Source: Folioceros fuciformis (taxonomy: Eukaryota). From it: a stretch of 42,171 nucleotides of DNA. The notes under the pieces are model-generated. The model ran no database searches. It was not told the origin of the DNA and saw nothing but the letters and a program-made list of their open reading frames with translations. Position numbers and translations under genes: made by a program. The stretch's first letter is position 1, and each line of letters starts with the position of its first letter. Positions 19,646-31,533 of this stretch are shown here, in pieces. The DNA lies in NCBI GenBank assembly GCA_049999805.1, contig JBNGIO010006284.1:1-42171 (forward strand). Direction: 5' to 3'.

Positions 19646-22600
19646 ATGACGACGAGCTTCATTCATTCGACATCGCTAGCGGTAGGGGGCAGGTACTTGG
19701 TGCCCTGGACGCCCAAATTCCGTAGCCATGCACACACAGGCAAAGTGCTGTTTCTTCCCCGTCCCCTGCTCCACTTCAGGAATGCGCGCAATCGCCGTGT
19801 GATGCCGGCCTGCCCTGTTGCCAGCATCGAGCCTCTCCTGCTCTCCAATTTCGACTTGGCCACTCCCTCTCTGTATCTGCTCACGTCCCTGCTCTCCGTG
19901 GCCGTGGCCTCGGCCACCTACGGCTTGCTACAGGCCAGTCCCTCGAGGTCCGAGGCAGAAGGGGCGGGGAAGGAGGAGGAATTGGAGTCGGAGTCGGAGA
20001 AGGGCCAAGGCCGGAGCTGGGTTGTGCGATGGAGCGACGGCAAGTTCTACGACTTCGTGTACAGCCGGTGCCCAGCTGTGTCCGGGAAGCGAGTGCAGGT
20101 GGAGCAGGAGGGGCGGGAGGGGCAGGGTGTTGGGTACCGGAGAGTGTGTTTGCACGCGGGGGACGGGGGGACGGTGTCGCTGGACTGGCCAGCGCACCTG
20201 GCTTTGGAGAAGGCGGACGAGCTGGACTCCGTGTTGCTGGTGGTGGCCGGGAATGTTGAGGGCAGCGCTGAGGCCGGGGTGAGGAGCTTGGTGGACAGGG
20301 CGTTGCAGTGCGGATTCTTCCCGGCCGTGCTGAATCTCCGGGGCTGCGGAGGCTCGCCGGTCACGTCTCCAAGGCAAGCCCATTTCCGGGATGGGGACAT
20401 GGATGGATGTGGGTTTGGGCGCACGGCGCAGCACGGATTGCGGGACTGATGATCTATCTTGGGTTCTTGCTGGTTAGGCTCTTCTCAGCTGCAGACAGCG
20501 ATGACGTGCAGCTGGCTGCGGGGTTTCTGCAGCGGGCCAGGCCTGATGCCACCATTCTCGGCGTCGGGGTGGGGGTCGGCGGGAACGTGCTGGCCAGGTT
20601 TCTCGGGGAGTGTGCGGACCAGGGGTTGGTTAAGGCCGGGGTCTGTGTGGGGAACCCGTTTGAGGTTGGTGGTCAGTTGGAGAAGGAGGAGGTGGAGGAT
20701 GGGTGCTGGAAGCGGATTGTTGCGGTTCTGGAGGCGAATCAGGTGTGAGGAGAGGGTTGTTGCATTTTGTTGTTGGTTTTGTGAATTTGGGTTCAGGGGT
20801 CGGGGTCATGATGGTTTGGACGCCTGGTGTGGTGTGCAGATGCTGTTTGCAGGCACTCAGAATGGGTTCGACTTGGCTGGAGGGCTTGCAGCCACATCCA
20901 TGTGGGAATTCGATGCTGCGATATCCAGGGTCTCGCATGGGTTTGAGACTGTGGACGATTTTTATGCCTATGCCAGTAGTGGGCGGAGTATGTGGAAAGT
21001 GCGGACTCCCTTGCTGTGCATTCAGGTATGGATGTGTTGGTGCTCTGTGTTCGTGTTGAATTTGGAAGCAGGCGTGTGGAAGGGGATGGCAGTGTTTGTT
21101 GCTTCTTCGATTGAGATAGCATGTGTGCATGCAGGCAGACTATCCATCCGCTCCTTTGTTCGCTGTTCCAGGACAAGCGTTTGAGAAGAATCCCTACTTG
21201 AGTTTGGTGATGTCGCCGGGAAGAGGTCAAGTTAGCGACGATCTTTTGAGCTTGCAGGAGTTCGTGTTGCAGGTACGGTTGGAGGGATAGTAAGTTCAGG
21301 GGCCTCCTGGCTGCTTGTTTGTGATTGCTGATGAGGAGGCGGTGAGTGGTTGTGTGGCAGTGGCTGGCTGCAGTGGAGTTGGCTTTGTTTAAAGGACGTC
21401 ATCCCCTCGGCGATGTTGCGAACGGCGCTGTCAATGGTGTAGCTCAAGGGAGTAGGAACGAACGGCAGCTGCAAGTTGCAGCGGTACGGGAAGCTGGTGC
21501 CAATGCTCTCAGGGACTTGGGATCTCGCGAGGAACTCGGAGAACAGCCAAAACTAGCTGGAGATGCTGAGCACAGAGGAGGATGGAGCACGGTAGTGGCT
21601 GAATCTGGGGTTCAACAGATTTCTTCTTTGAGAACAGAGTCCGATGTTGATGACAAGCTAATAGACATGCCACACACGAGTTACAAAGTCCATAAATTGG
21701 GCGATGATGAAGCTCATGAAGTTGAAGGTAGTGTATATGCTCCGAGCCCTGTGGGTATTGATACATTGGCAGTCACAGCTCAGCCTGACACAGGACAGGG
21801 TCGTGCTGCTCTGATGGATGGTGGGCAAAGTGAGGCAAGAACAGTGGGAACACAAGTGGATGAAAACGCTGGTGGGGAGGGAGAGGCAGATGGTGAACGG
21901 GGTCAAGTAGAACAAGCAGCAGAGAGTATTATGAAGGTGCTGGATGTCACTATGCCAGGAACTCTATCTGAAGAGCAGAAGAAGAAGGTTTGGGTCCTTT
22001 CCTGTGGTCATGCTGCTTTACAATTTGATTCGTGATGTATGTGACAAAGGTAGGGCAGGCTCGGATCGAAGGACGGAGGTTGGAAGTGTCGTCTGACAAC
22101 GTGGGATTGTTGCACGTGCAGGTCATAGCTGCTGTGGGGAGAGGTGAAACCGTAGTGACTGCCTTGCAAGAAGCGGTTCCTGAGAATGTCAGGGAGAAAA
22201 TGTTCAATGCTGTTTCTGGAGCTGTCCAAGCTAGTGGTATCAGCTCTCAGCTGGTAGGGTTTGGGAAGAACTTTCCTCCCCCTTCTATCCCTGATGATGT
22301 GTTGAAGAGGATCAAGGAGAAGCTATCTGCTTATTCCCTGCTCCCTGGGAATTCTAGCCCAGCTCAGTCAAACAGCGCGGGTCGTTCTTCTCTACCGCAG
22401 CCGTCTGAGAGCTCTACCGATAGTCCTAGTCCAGAGGGAGGGTTAGAAAGGCGTGGAGACATTGGTGGAGGTGCGGAGGGCAACGGTGCTGGCACAGGAG
22501 ATGTACACTCTGACACAGGGAGTGAAACGAATGTGTCAGCACAACAAGGCTTGCAGATGAAGGAGAACGTTGGTCCAGGAGACAAACAGCAAGGCACCGC

Positions 22601-25600
22601 AGAAGCGAGTGATGCTCACAAGCAAGGTCGAGTGGATGACACGGGGAAAGAAACCAAAAGTGACACACATGATGAACCATTGCAGACAGATGGCCAGGCC
22701 GACGGAAGTTCACAGCAGAACAATACACCAGATTCAGACTCTGGTACGCAAGAGACCCGTCCACTAGGAACTACTCAGAGTAGTCACGGGGATGCCAGTC
22801 CTCCAGATCAAGCAGACAAACAGGACCGTAGCACTCATAGGGCAAAGGATGTTGCCAGCGATGCATCTCTGAACAAGGGCCAGGCAGATGCAGGGCTGAA
22901 TCAGGCAGGGGCTCATGATGATTCAGCAGACAACAACGGTCAGAGTGAAGACGTTCTAAAGCGGGGCAAGGTGGTCGGCTCTGATGGGGGTACTAAAGAT
23001 GCACCAGGGCAAGGGGCTACTCAAGACGCTCCCTCAGATTCCAGTGGTCAAAAGGGTGACGTTGCAGATGGATCGCGGGGGGCCACGAGCAAGTCAGGAG
23101 ATTGTCAAGCGGGGCCTACTGATCAGGATGTTGTAAAGCAGGAAAAGAAGGTTGACACTGATGGAGGATCACGTGACGTGGCAGGCCACGTCGACCAAGT
23201 GGTTGCAAATGCCAGCGAGGGAAAGACAGGAGCAACGGATGTGATAGATCCAGCAGAGCAGCCTCCAGATAGTTCACCGAGGGACGATCTGAATCAGAGT
23301 TCTGCGCCTCCTGCTGCAAAGACGTTCCAACCATCCCCAGCTCAAGTTCCTCCTGCTGTGGACTTCAACAGTGTCCTGCAAATGTTCACAGGGTTTGATG
23401 ACTCCACGCAAATGGCTGTAACAAATGTATTTGGAGTTGTTGAAAGCATGCTCGATAAACTTGAGGCAGAAGACAATGGAGACCAGAAGCAGCAACCAGA
23501 GGCGCCAGGGTCACCAAGATTAGGTGAAGGCAGACAACTGGACATTAACTCTGCAGATGAGAGCAATGTGGGGGATCAGGTCAGCACTCTCAGGCATTTC
23601 GACGCAAATGTGAAAGGTGATTTGCAGAGTAGTGATGGTAAGGATCCCTACAGCAGCACTCCACAAGCACATGAGACGGTCACAGCAGAAGGGAATGGAG
23701 CAGCTGTTTTGCTGGAGATAGGACCTGGTGAGGTGGAACAGGGACATGTGGCTGTCGCACGGGAGATTGTCATCGAGTCAGTGATGTCAGACCTGCTGAA
23801 AAGAATAGGACATGCTGGTATTGAAGCGTCTGGAGCTGACCTTCAAATAGAAGTTGGAGAAGTTGCAAGTGCTGTTGCTTCTGCCGTCCAATTAGCGGGG
23901 AGAAGTTCATCTCAGGCCGATAGTAGCCTTGTGTCTCAGATTAATGGTAGGCTGGGCACGGTACCTGGGCAGGCTGTAGTCACTGCTCTTGGCTCTGGGC
24001 TAGGCCGTACTAAATTATTAAGCAAGCTGGTCCCTGGTGGAGTTCTTGTGGAGGTAGTGTTGTCAGCATTAAGGACCCGTTTCCTTGTAGAGATTGAACA
24101 TGGACTGCAGACATCAACAGTGGGTGCTGTGGGTAGTAGTGGATCCTTGGCTCCAGAACGAGCCAGGGATATCCAAAATGTGGATGGCCATGCTACTGGA
24201 GACTTTGTGCAGAGCAGTGAATCGCATGATGGACTGGCCAACATGAAGACTAGTAGCATGGTGGGTGCCTTGGCAGCTGCTGTGGGAGCAATAGGTCAGG
24301 ATATGGGGCCTTCTCTAGATGAGTTGGCATCCTCCCCAGTAGCCGAGTCTGTTGAGGGGGAAGTGGGGAATTCGACACAGACACACAACATTGTTAGCTC
24401 AGTTGCGGAGAAGGCTTTATCTGTTGCAGCACCCGTTGTTCCCAAGACAGAGGATGGTGACGTGGATCAAGACAGGTGGGTAGTCATTTCCTCTTGTTTC
24501 TTCCACTACAAGTCTTGGTTACCTTTGGATTGCATCACCCCACTGTCACTCTCCGTTCTGTGGACAGGATAGTTGCAATGCTGGCAGACCTGGGTCAAAG
24601 AGGCGGAGTATTACGCCTTCTTGGAAAGGCTGCCCTTCTCTGGGGAGGATTGAGGGGCGCCATGAGTCTAACTGACAGAATGCTAGCATTTTTACGGATG
24701 TGGGAGCGACCTTTGCATCAGAGGTACGTGTGAACCCACAGAACTGTCTTTGTGAACATCGGTCAGTTCCCACAGGGAATTCTATTTGTGGACATCAGTT
24801 AATGCGTTTCTTTTCGTGTGTGTGCCATTGCAGGTTGGTAGGATTTTTGGGCATGGCTCTGCTTTTGTGGGCTCCGGTTCTGGTTCCACTTTTGCCGTCT
24901 CTGTTGGAGCAATGGTCGTCCCAAACTTCAGGCGGGGTTGCAAGCTTTGCCTCTGTGGTTGGTCTCTATGGGGCCATCATCATCCTTCTCACGATCTGGG
25001 GAAGGAGGATACGTGGCTATGATCAGCCACTCGCCCACTATGGATTGAGAATCACGTCACCTTCTAAGGTGTGTTGCTAATCGAGTTGCTTCATGTTTTT
25101 GAACCTGACTAGTTTCTTCACCGATTGATGTACATGCAGCAAAAGAAGATGGACTGATGGACTGAGTAGATTGGTGCTCGTATTCTTGGAACAGTTTGTT
25201 GCTGTTGCACAAGGACTTGGGCTGGGAGTGCTACTTGTCGCATCTCTCTACAGTCTTGAATCCTATCTGGGCTATGTGCAATTCTCGTGGTCAGCATTTG
25301 CAGTGACAGCACCGACCATCACAAACATTGGCCTGATCACCGCCAGCCTCCCACCAGCTTTGCTAACTTGTTGGAAACTAGTTATGCTGGTTGCACAGGC
25401 AGTTGGTGTGGGATGTGCTATAGCTCTTGTGGAGGAGCTGCTTTTCCGTGGATGGCTGCAAGAAGAGATTGCGGTGGATCTTGGGTACATCAATGCAGTG
25501 CTTCTCTGTGCGGCAGCCTTTGCTGTTGTTCACTGGTATGTCATGATACGGAGCTCCCCTAGTGACATTCTGCGACCTTTTGACCTGTTAGCCTGATTCT

Positions 25601-25899
25601 GTAAGTGATTGTGCTGCAGGTCTTTGCCGGCAGTTCCAGGGCTGTTCTTCCTCTCCGTAGCCTTAGCCGGGGTTAGAGCCCGGTGTAAGGGAGATCTGTC
25701 AGTTGCTATCGGATTACACTCTGGACTGGTGTCCGCGAACTATGTGCTCACTGTTGGAGGATTTATACAGTATATTGTTGGGGCCCCAGAATGGCTCACA
25801 GGTGCTCATGTGGCCAATCCTTTGGCAGGGGCTTTAGGTGTGGGCTTGGTAGCAGTTCTGGCACTCTTTCTGTACCCAAGGGATGGTCCCAAGCATTGA
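19646..25899 (+). CDS. Alpha/beta-hydrolase-like N-terminal domain + long low-complexity linker + C-terminal CAAX protease/CPBP (Abi) domain; At2g03140-like, probably plastid-targeted; multi-exon
   Basis: YRRVCLHAGDGGTVSLDWP, NLRGCGGSPVTSPR|LFSAADSDD, MKVLDVTMPGTLSEEQKKK, GFDDSTQMAVTNVFGVVE, AEKALSVAAPVVPKTEDGDVDQDR, LGQRGGVLRLLGKAALLWGGLRGAMSLTDR, VEELLFRGWL..FAVVH..IGLHSG. Start is ATG 19646 or 19586. Confidence 0.88.
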
Positions 25900-26224
25900 G
25901 CAGTGTCAGCATCTTGTAGGAACGCGGAGGAACAGGGCATTCCCTGGTGTTGTAAAATATGGAGGAGAGGTTGAGGCTAGACTGAAGTACGAGAATGCAA
26001 GGAAATNNNNNNNNNNTGGAGGAGAGGTTGAGGCTAGACTGAAGTACGAGAATGCAAGGAAATCATGTTAATTTCAAGTGGAGCTGTATATCATCACACT
26101 CAAGTTCCTTGCATGCAAACCAAAACCAAGCTCGTCATCCCATCCCAGCTGATCGGCATGCTCAAATTGATGTATATTGTACTGTTTTAAAATGATTCCT
26201 GGTGCACCTGGAAAAAGCTGCAAC

Positions 26225-26701
26225 TCAGTTGAGGATGGTAAGCGCACCTTCTTTGGAGACGGAGTAGCTGAGTTTCTTGTCGGGTCTTATCATTAAGCAG
26301 TTGATGGCTTTCCAAATCTCCAAGTTCTCCCTGTTGAACGTCTTCACCTTGGGAAAGAACTTGGGCTGCAGCATACGCTGGTACTTGCTGACCGTGACCT
26401 CGCTGAGAAACCTCAGAAACTTCTTGCCCACCGGCACGACTACAACTGTAACCCGCTTCACCCTAGGAGCTATCCGAAACACCCACAAGCGTCGATTGTC
26501 CAGGCACCAAAGCTTCTCGTCGTACTCCACCACTCGCATATTTGGAAACTGGCGGAGATGCAGCACCTCCTTCTCCACCAGCCGCACCGCCTCGTCGATT
26601 AGCAGCTTCTGGTGCGGCGGCCTGAACCGAATGTTGATCATGGGCTTGGTGAAGAGGAGGTCGTCCGGGTTGCACGTCAGATCCTGGTACGGCTTGTACA
26701 T
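26225..26701 (-). CDS. Orphan protein with a ParB/sulfiredoxin-like motif pattern (P..L.FT..I..RF ... FPNMRVV ... CLDNRRLWVF)
   Basis: Open ORF from ATG 26701 (MYKPYQDL...) to TGA 26225, with many G/C-ending codons. An upstream exon is possible. Fold call is by motif recognition only. Confidence 0.6.
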   Translation of the reverse strand: MYKPYQDLTCNPDDLLFTKPMINIRFRPPHQKLLIDEAVRLVEKEVLHLRQFPNMRVVEYDEKLWCLDNRRLWVFRIAPRVKRVTVVVVPVGKKFLRFLSEVTVSKYQRMLQPKFFPKVKTFNRENLEIWKAINCLMIRPDKKLSYSVSKEGALTILN

Positions 26702-28694
26702 GCTCCGCAGCGCACACACCATCGTCATTGGCTCAGGCAGGCAGATCACCAAGTGTCCACCAACGCCTCAGCCCACAACGCCACACAAGCCAAGAATCAA
26801 CAACTTCTTAAGCCCCTCCTCGTGCCCGCCAACTCAACTCCCCATGAGCACCCTCTCTGCCGCTCCTGCACGTCGCCACCTCCGTAGTGCAGCCATAGCC
26901 ATACACATCGAACCCTTGCGCTCCCTCATTCCAAGCAATTTCTGCAACCTGCTCGATGCAGAAGGCGTGGCCAAGAGACGAGAAGAGAAGAGAAGAGAAG
27001 AAGAGAGGAAACACTACAGTGCCGCAGTCGAGCAGTCAACTGCCCAGCTTCATGAGGTGATGAAGAGGCGCCGCTTCCAACCCACAGGGTTTACGACAAC
27101 CGGACATGTCTGTGGTGTGGTCAAATGCCTGGTTACTTCCACCCCATTTTCTGCCGGAATCAATGCCTGCCAATCATGCTGAACCATCACATACGCTCGA
27201 GCAGATCAAGCCCCAGACGCCTCTCTGCGATTCAAGCAGTGGCCGAATGTGATGCACTGCGTCGGTGATGCGCTATCGCTCTCCAACTCACCCATCTCTT
27301 CTTGATATCAGGTAGCTCCAGAAATAGAAGGAAGAGAGCAGGATCCGGTCTGGCTCTCAGAGTTTGGCCTACGCCTCCCATCACGCACCTAAACCTCCAC
27401 ACGCTCCAGGACAATTGCTGGCAGGAACAGGGACTCCATGACACCACCCAGAAGCAAGACATGGATCCAATTGTGTGGACTTCTCCTGGACTCTCATTGA
27501 CAACGTCCTCCAGCACCTCCCGGCACCGAGCCAGCAGTGAGAAAGCGGTAGCGTTCTCTTCCCTCCTGATCAGCCTTCATCTCCGCCCACGACCCGGGAG
27601 GCTTCTCACGCTGCGGGCCTTCAAGCCGTCCCCACCCATGCACGAGTGCATCCCGCACCGAGTCCAGGACTCCTCGACCGTGCCCCTGGCCAGCATAGTA
27701 TCCGGTTTGTGAACACGCGTTGGATCCGACCATGCTCCCCTCCACTTAAGGCACTCAAGGTGGCGTCGCAGATCGGGCTAGTGTTCATGGGGAGCCAGGA
27801 AGGTGTTCATCCCGCCCCGGATTTGCGTCTCTCTGAAACCCCGCCACAGAGACCTGGCGCCAGTTTTCTGACCTCCGATGCAACACCTGCGAGGATCCCG
27901 GGACCAGATGGCGTGGTATGCGGCCGGCAGGAGAGGCTTCCCGGTGCTGGTGATCGCTGAGACTCCACCCCCTGCTTCTGTGTCTGCTCCAGCTCGGGCT
28001 GGAGCATGACCAGCTCCAGGTCGATCGGGTGCTGGTACGCTCTGATTGATGCCCTGGGCGGGCTGGGATGGTGTCGCCTGCCTGCGGGGAAGAGGTCGGG
28101 CGGCTTGGGCCTGGTCGTTTGCTAATGCTCTTCTTCATCGGGAGAGTGCATCAGGCGCGGAGTGTCAGGGGAACGCCGACTTAGTGCAGGCCAACGTGCG
28201 TCAGTGCCGGATCTGGCCTTTGGATCCAATCCTAGCCGGGTGGAAGCAGACCTTCGTCATGTCGGATCACTTCCTGGCTCATATGAAGCTCCAGTTTCCC
28301 GGAGACGAGCCCGACCTTCAATCCGTTACTGGCTTATGCAGATAGCTGTATCTGGACACACCGTCTTCCTGCAACCTCTGTGCCAAGGCCACACTCATTT
28401 TATAGTTTACCGTTTCCTACTCAAGCGATGGCGAGTCGTGCTGCATGATGCTTGCTATTCGCACACTCTCCCTTTGATCCCCTAGGCTTTGCGTGTGAAG
28501 CTTGAAGCATAGAACTAAAGTAAACAGTGGGATGAGCCACTCTCGGTTTCCCGCCATCACATATTTTGTGTAGGTGTTCAAACTTGCTACTTCTAAATCA
28601 GCAGCCAAGCTAGAGTGTTGCTTGATTCTTTCACAAAGCAGACATCAGCTTCAACATCAGATCACCAGCTCCTTACAGTTACGGCTATGACAAC

Positions 28695-29700
28695 TCCAAT
28701 GAGGCAAAAGATACGATCTCATTCAAGAATGATTCCTCTTTGCAAGACACTGTTGTTGTTCTCATGCTGTGAAAAGACGGGAGGGTTTGAGCAGGGAGCG
28801 AGGACGAGGCTGATACATTGACGGATTTCTTGAGCTTCCCGTCTCACACGGAGAGGTATAGAAGGTTGGAGGAAGGAGATAAACCTGATGGAAGAATCAT
28901 GTTCTCTTTTGTTGTCTCGGGGCAAGACGACGAGAAGGCTTAAGCAGGACGGCGAGCAAGAGCCCGATAGATTGGTCGATTTCTTAAGCTTTCGGCCTCA
29001 CACGGAGAAGAGTAGCAGGATGGAGGCGAAAGATACAATCTCATGCAAGAAACAATTCCATAGCAAGGCACTTTTGTTGCTTTCGTGCTGTGGTAAGACG
29101 AGAATAATGTTCAACCAGCACGGCGAGGAAAAGGCATGAGCATTCGGTCCCACACGGAGAGGACTAGGATGATGGAGGCAAAAGCGCAACCTCGTGCGAG
29201 AATCGCCCACTTCGCAAGGCACTTTTCTTGTTCTCGTGGCATGGCAAGACTGAGGGGTAGGTTCGCGTCACACGGCGAGGATTCATTGACGGATTTCCTG
29301 AGCTCTCGGTCTCACACGGAGAGGAGTAAGAGGATGGAGGGAAAAGCTACAACCTCATGCAAGAAGCATTCCCTGATCTTGTGGTATGGAGAGACTAAAG
29401 GTGTGAGCAGCACGGTGAGGAGAAGGTTCCAGGGAGAAGAACGGTGAGGAGAAGGTTGGAGAAGCACGCTGAGGAGAACGTTGCAGCAGCACGGTGAGGA
29501 GAAGGTTGGAGAAGCACGATGAGGAGAAGGTTGCAGCAGCACGGTGAGGAGAAGGTTGAATCAGCACGGTGAGGAGAAGGTTGGAGCAGAACGATGAGGA
29601 GAGGGTTGGAGGAGCACTGGGAGGAAGTGGCTATACATTGACGGATTTCTTGAGATTTTTATTTCACACAAAACCGTAGAAAGGGTATAGGAGGATGGGA
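28695..29700. repeat. Degenerate tandem repeat of about 150-165 bp, about 5-6 units
   Basis: Anchor cacacggaga at about 28845, 28999, 29151 and 29313. attgacggatttc recurs at about 28817, 29285 and 29637, and ggatggagg..aa recurs in each unit. Confidence 0.85.
29406..29634. repeat. 25-bp minisatellite (about 9 copies) nested within the 155-bp repeat
   Basis: ag(c/a)agcacg(g/a/c)tgaggagaaggttg(g/c) units at 29460, 29485, 29510, 29535 and onward, with alternating variants. Confidence 0.9.
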
Positions 29701-30480
29701 TGGCCTGATGACCTGGACGTGAAGGAAGGCGCAGATGAGAAGAGAGAGGGAACCCGAGGAATGGGATGTAAGGAGAGTTTCCAGGCGTGAATGGGCTTCC
29801 TACGAGCAGAGGAGGCACACATGAGGGCAGTGAGCGAGCGTTGTCTGGACAAATTAGGGCAACTCGGGCCCAGGAAGGGGAGGAGAAGAGAATGTGTGTC
29901 CAGCACAGGAAGCGAGACCGGCCGTACCGTGGGGTGAGGATGTTATACATGTACAGTGCAAACGGGGTGTAGTGTGGCCCCAGGGCCGAGCTCCAGCTCT
30001 GTGGTTCGGGTTACGACACTTGTTTTTTCAAGGTGCGCTGAAGGCCGTGTTGCCGCTGCTGACGCTGCTCGCTGTCACTCGCTGATGCTCGCCCCTGCTG
30101 ATGCTGCTGCTGCTGCGTCCGCCATGGCTCGTCTTGCAGCAGCAGCGGAAGCTGAGCAGCACCGTTTCCTGCTCGTCTGGTTGCTGCCGCCGGTCCTTCC
30201 TTGTGCGCTGCTTGCTGGTAATCTCTGCACTGTCCCGTTGCCTGGCATGGCCAGGGTTTCGGATGCGCAGCGCGGGCCGGGTAGACTGATGACAGGAAGC
30301 CTGCTCGCGTCTCTTCTTCGTGTCCTGCCGGAATCTGGACGCCGCGACCTGCCTCTTCCTTGTAAGTGCAAGGCGATGTATGTTGAGCTTTGGTTTGCTC
30401 TTCACAGCCTTGAGTAGGTCAAGTGATGACACTCTCCTTCGCGCTGCAGGCCAGTAGTGTTGTGAGGCGAATCATTGGAG

Positions 30481-31533
30481 ATGGAGTTCTGGCCGGAGTT
30501 CCTCGCGGGCTCCTGGGGGAAGGAGTTCCTGGCGGGAGCGCTCGGGGGGATGGCGGGAGTGGTGGCTGGCCATCCTCTGGATACTGTCAGAATTCGGTTG
30601 CAGCAGCCCCGCTCCTTGGCTTCCACTGAGCCTGTCTCGGCCTTTGCAATGATGCGCAAGATTGCGTCGTCGGAAGGCCCCCTGGCTCTCTTCAAAGGCA
30701 TGGGGCCACCGCTGGCTACTGTCGCCTTCCAGGTATTGTTTGCCGTCCTCATTTTCGTTTGTCTTCATGGAAGTCTTTCGTTTCTTCACGACTTGCTTCG
30801 TGGATTGCTGCAGAACGCTGTGGCCTTCCAAACCTACGCTCTTCTGAAACGAGCTTTGTCGGAACCCGGCTCCGACGATCCCCTCCCGTATTCCAAGATT
30901 GCCTTGGCCGGGTCATGTGCAGGCACAATTCAGACGCTCATCCTCACTCCCGTCGACCTCATCAAGATCCGACTGCAGCTAGAGACGGCCAGATTGGCAG
31001 GAACTCGGCCTTCCCTGGCCACATTCAGGCAACGGGAGATAGGACCCCGCAGTCTCGCTAGCAAGATTGTCAAAGCTGAAGGTGTACGAGGCTTGTACCG
31101 AGGCCTCACCATCACGGCTCTGCGAGACGCCCCTAGCCATGCTGTCTACTTCGTCACCTACGAGTACGTGAGAGAGCAGCTTTCTCCGGGTTGCCGGAAG
31201 AACGGGCAGGAGAGCGTCATGACCATGCTCACCGCAGGTGGCCTCGCCGGAGTGGTGAGTTGGGTGTGTTGTTACCCTCTGGATGTCGTCAAGTCCAGGC
31301 TCCAGGCCCAGTCCCCGACCAAGCCAAGATATGCCGGTATCACTGACTGCATGAGGAAGAGTATACGGGAGGAAGGATACTCCGTCCTGTTTCGAGGCTT
31401 GGGAGCTGCTGTGGCGCGTGCTTACATCGTGAATGGTGCCATCTTCTCTGCCTATGAGCTCGCCTTGCGATTGCTGTCTGCTCCTCCTCAGACCACGAAC
31501 TCGACTGGCCCTCAGCAAGCCCTCCAAGACTGA
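30481..31533 (+). CDS. BAC2: Mitochondrial basic amino acid (arginine/ornithine) carrier, BAC2-like; intron 30733-30813
   Basis: MEFWPEFLAGSWGKEFLAG N-terminus typical of BAC2. Three carrier signatures: PLDTVRIR, PVDLIKIR, PLDVVKSR; also LRDAPSHAVYF. GT..AG 81-bp intron between AFQ and NAVAFQ. Confidence 0.92.
   Translation: MEFWPEFLAGSWGKEFLAGALGGMAGVVAGHPLDTVRIRLQQPRSLASTEPVSAFAMMRKIASSEGPLALFKGMGPPLATVAFQVLFAVLIFVCLHGSLSFLHDLLRGLLQNAVAFQTYALLKRALSEPGSDDPLPYSKIALAGSCAGTIQTLILTPVDLIKIRLQLETARLAGTRPSLATFRQREIGPRSLASKIVKAEGVRGLYRGLTITALRDAPSHAVYFVTYEYVREQLSPGCRKNGQESVMTMLTAGGLAGVVSWVCCYPLDVVKSRLQAQSPTKPRYAGITDCMRKSIREEGYSVLFRGLGAAVARAYIVNGAIFSAYELALRLLSAPPQTTNSTGPQQALQD

Noticed and set aside
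25959-26063. Exact duplication of about 47 bp (tggaggagaggttgaggctagactgaagtacgagaatgcaaggaaat) around a short N run
   Set aside because: Identical sequence on both sides of a gap is typical of an unmerged contig overlap, i.e. an assembly artefact.
26277-27182. 301-aa plus-strand ORF
   Set aside because: Largely the antisense of the ParB-like ORF, with no ATG start and no recognisable domain.
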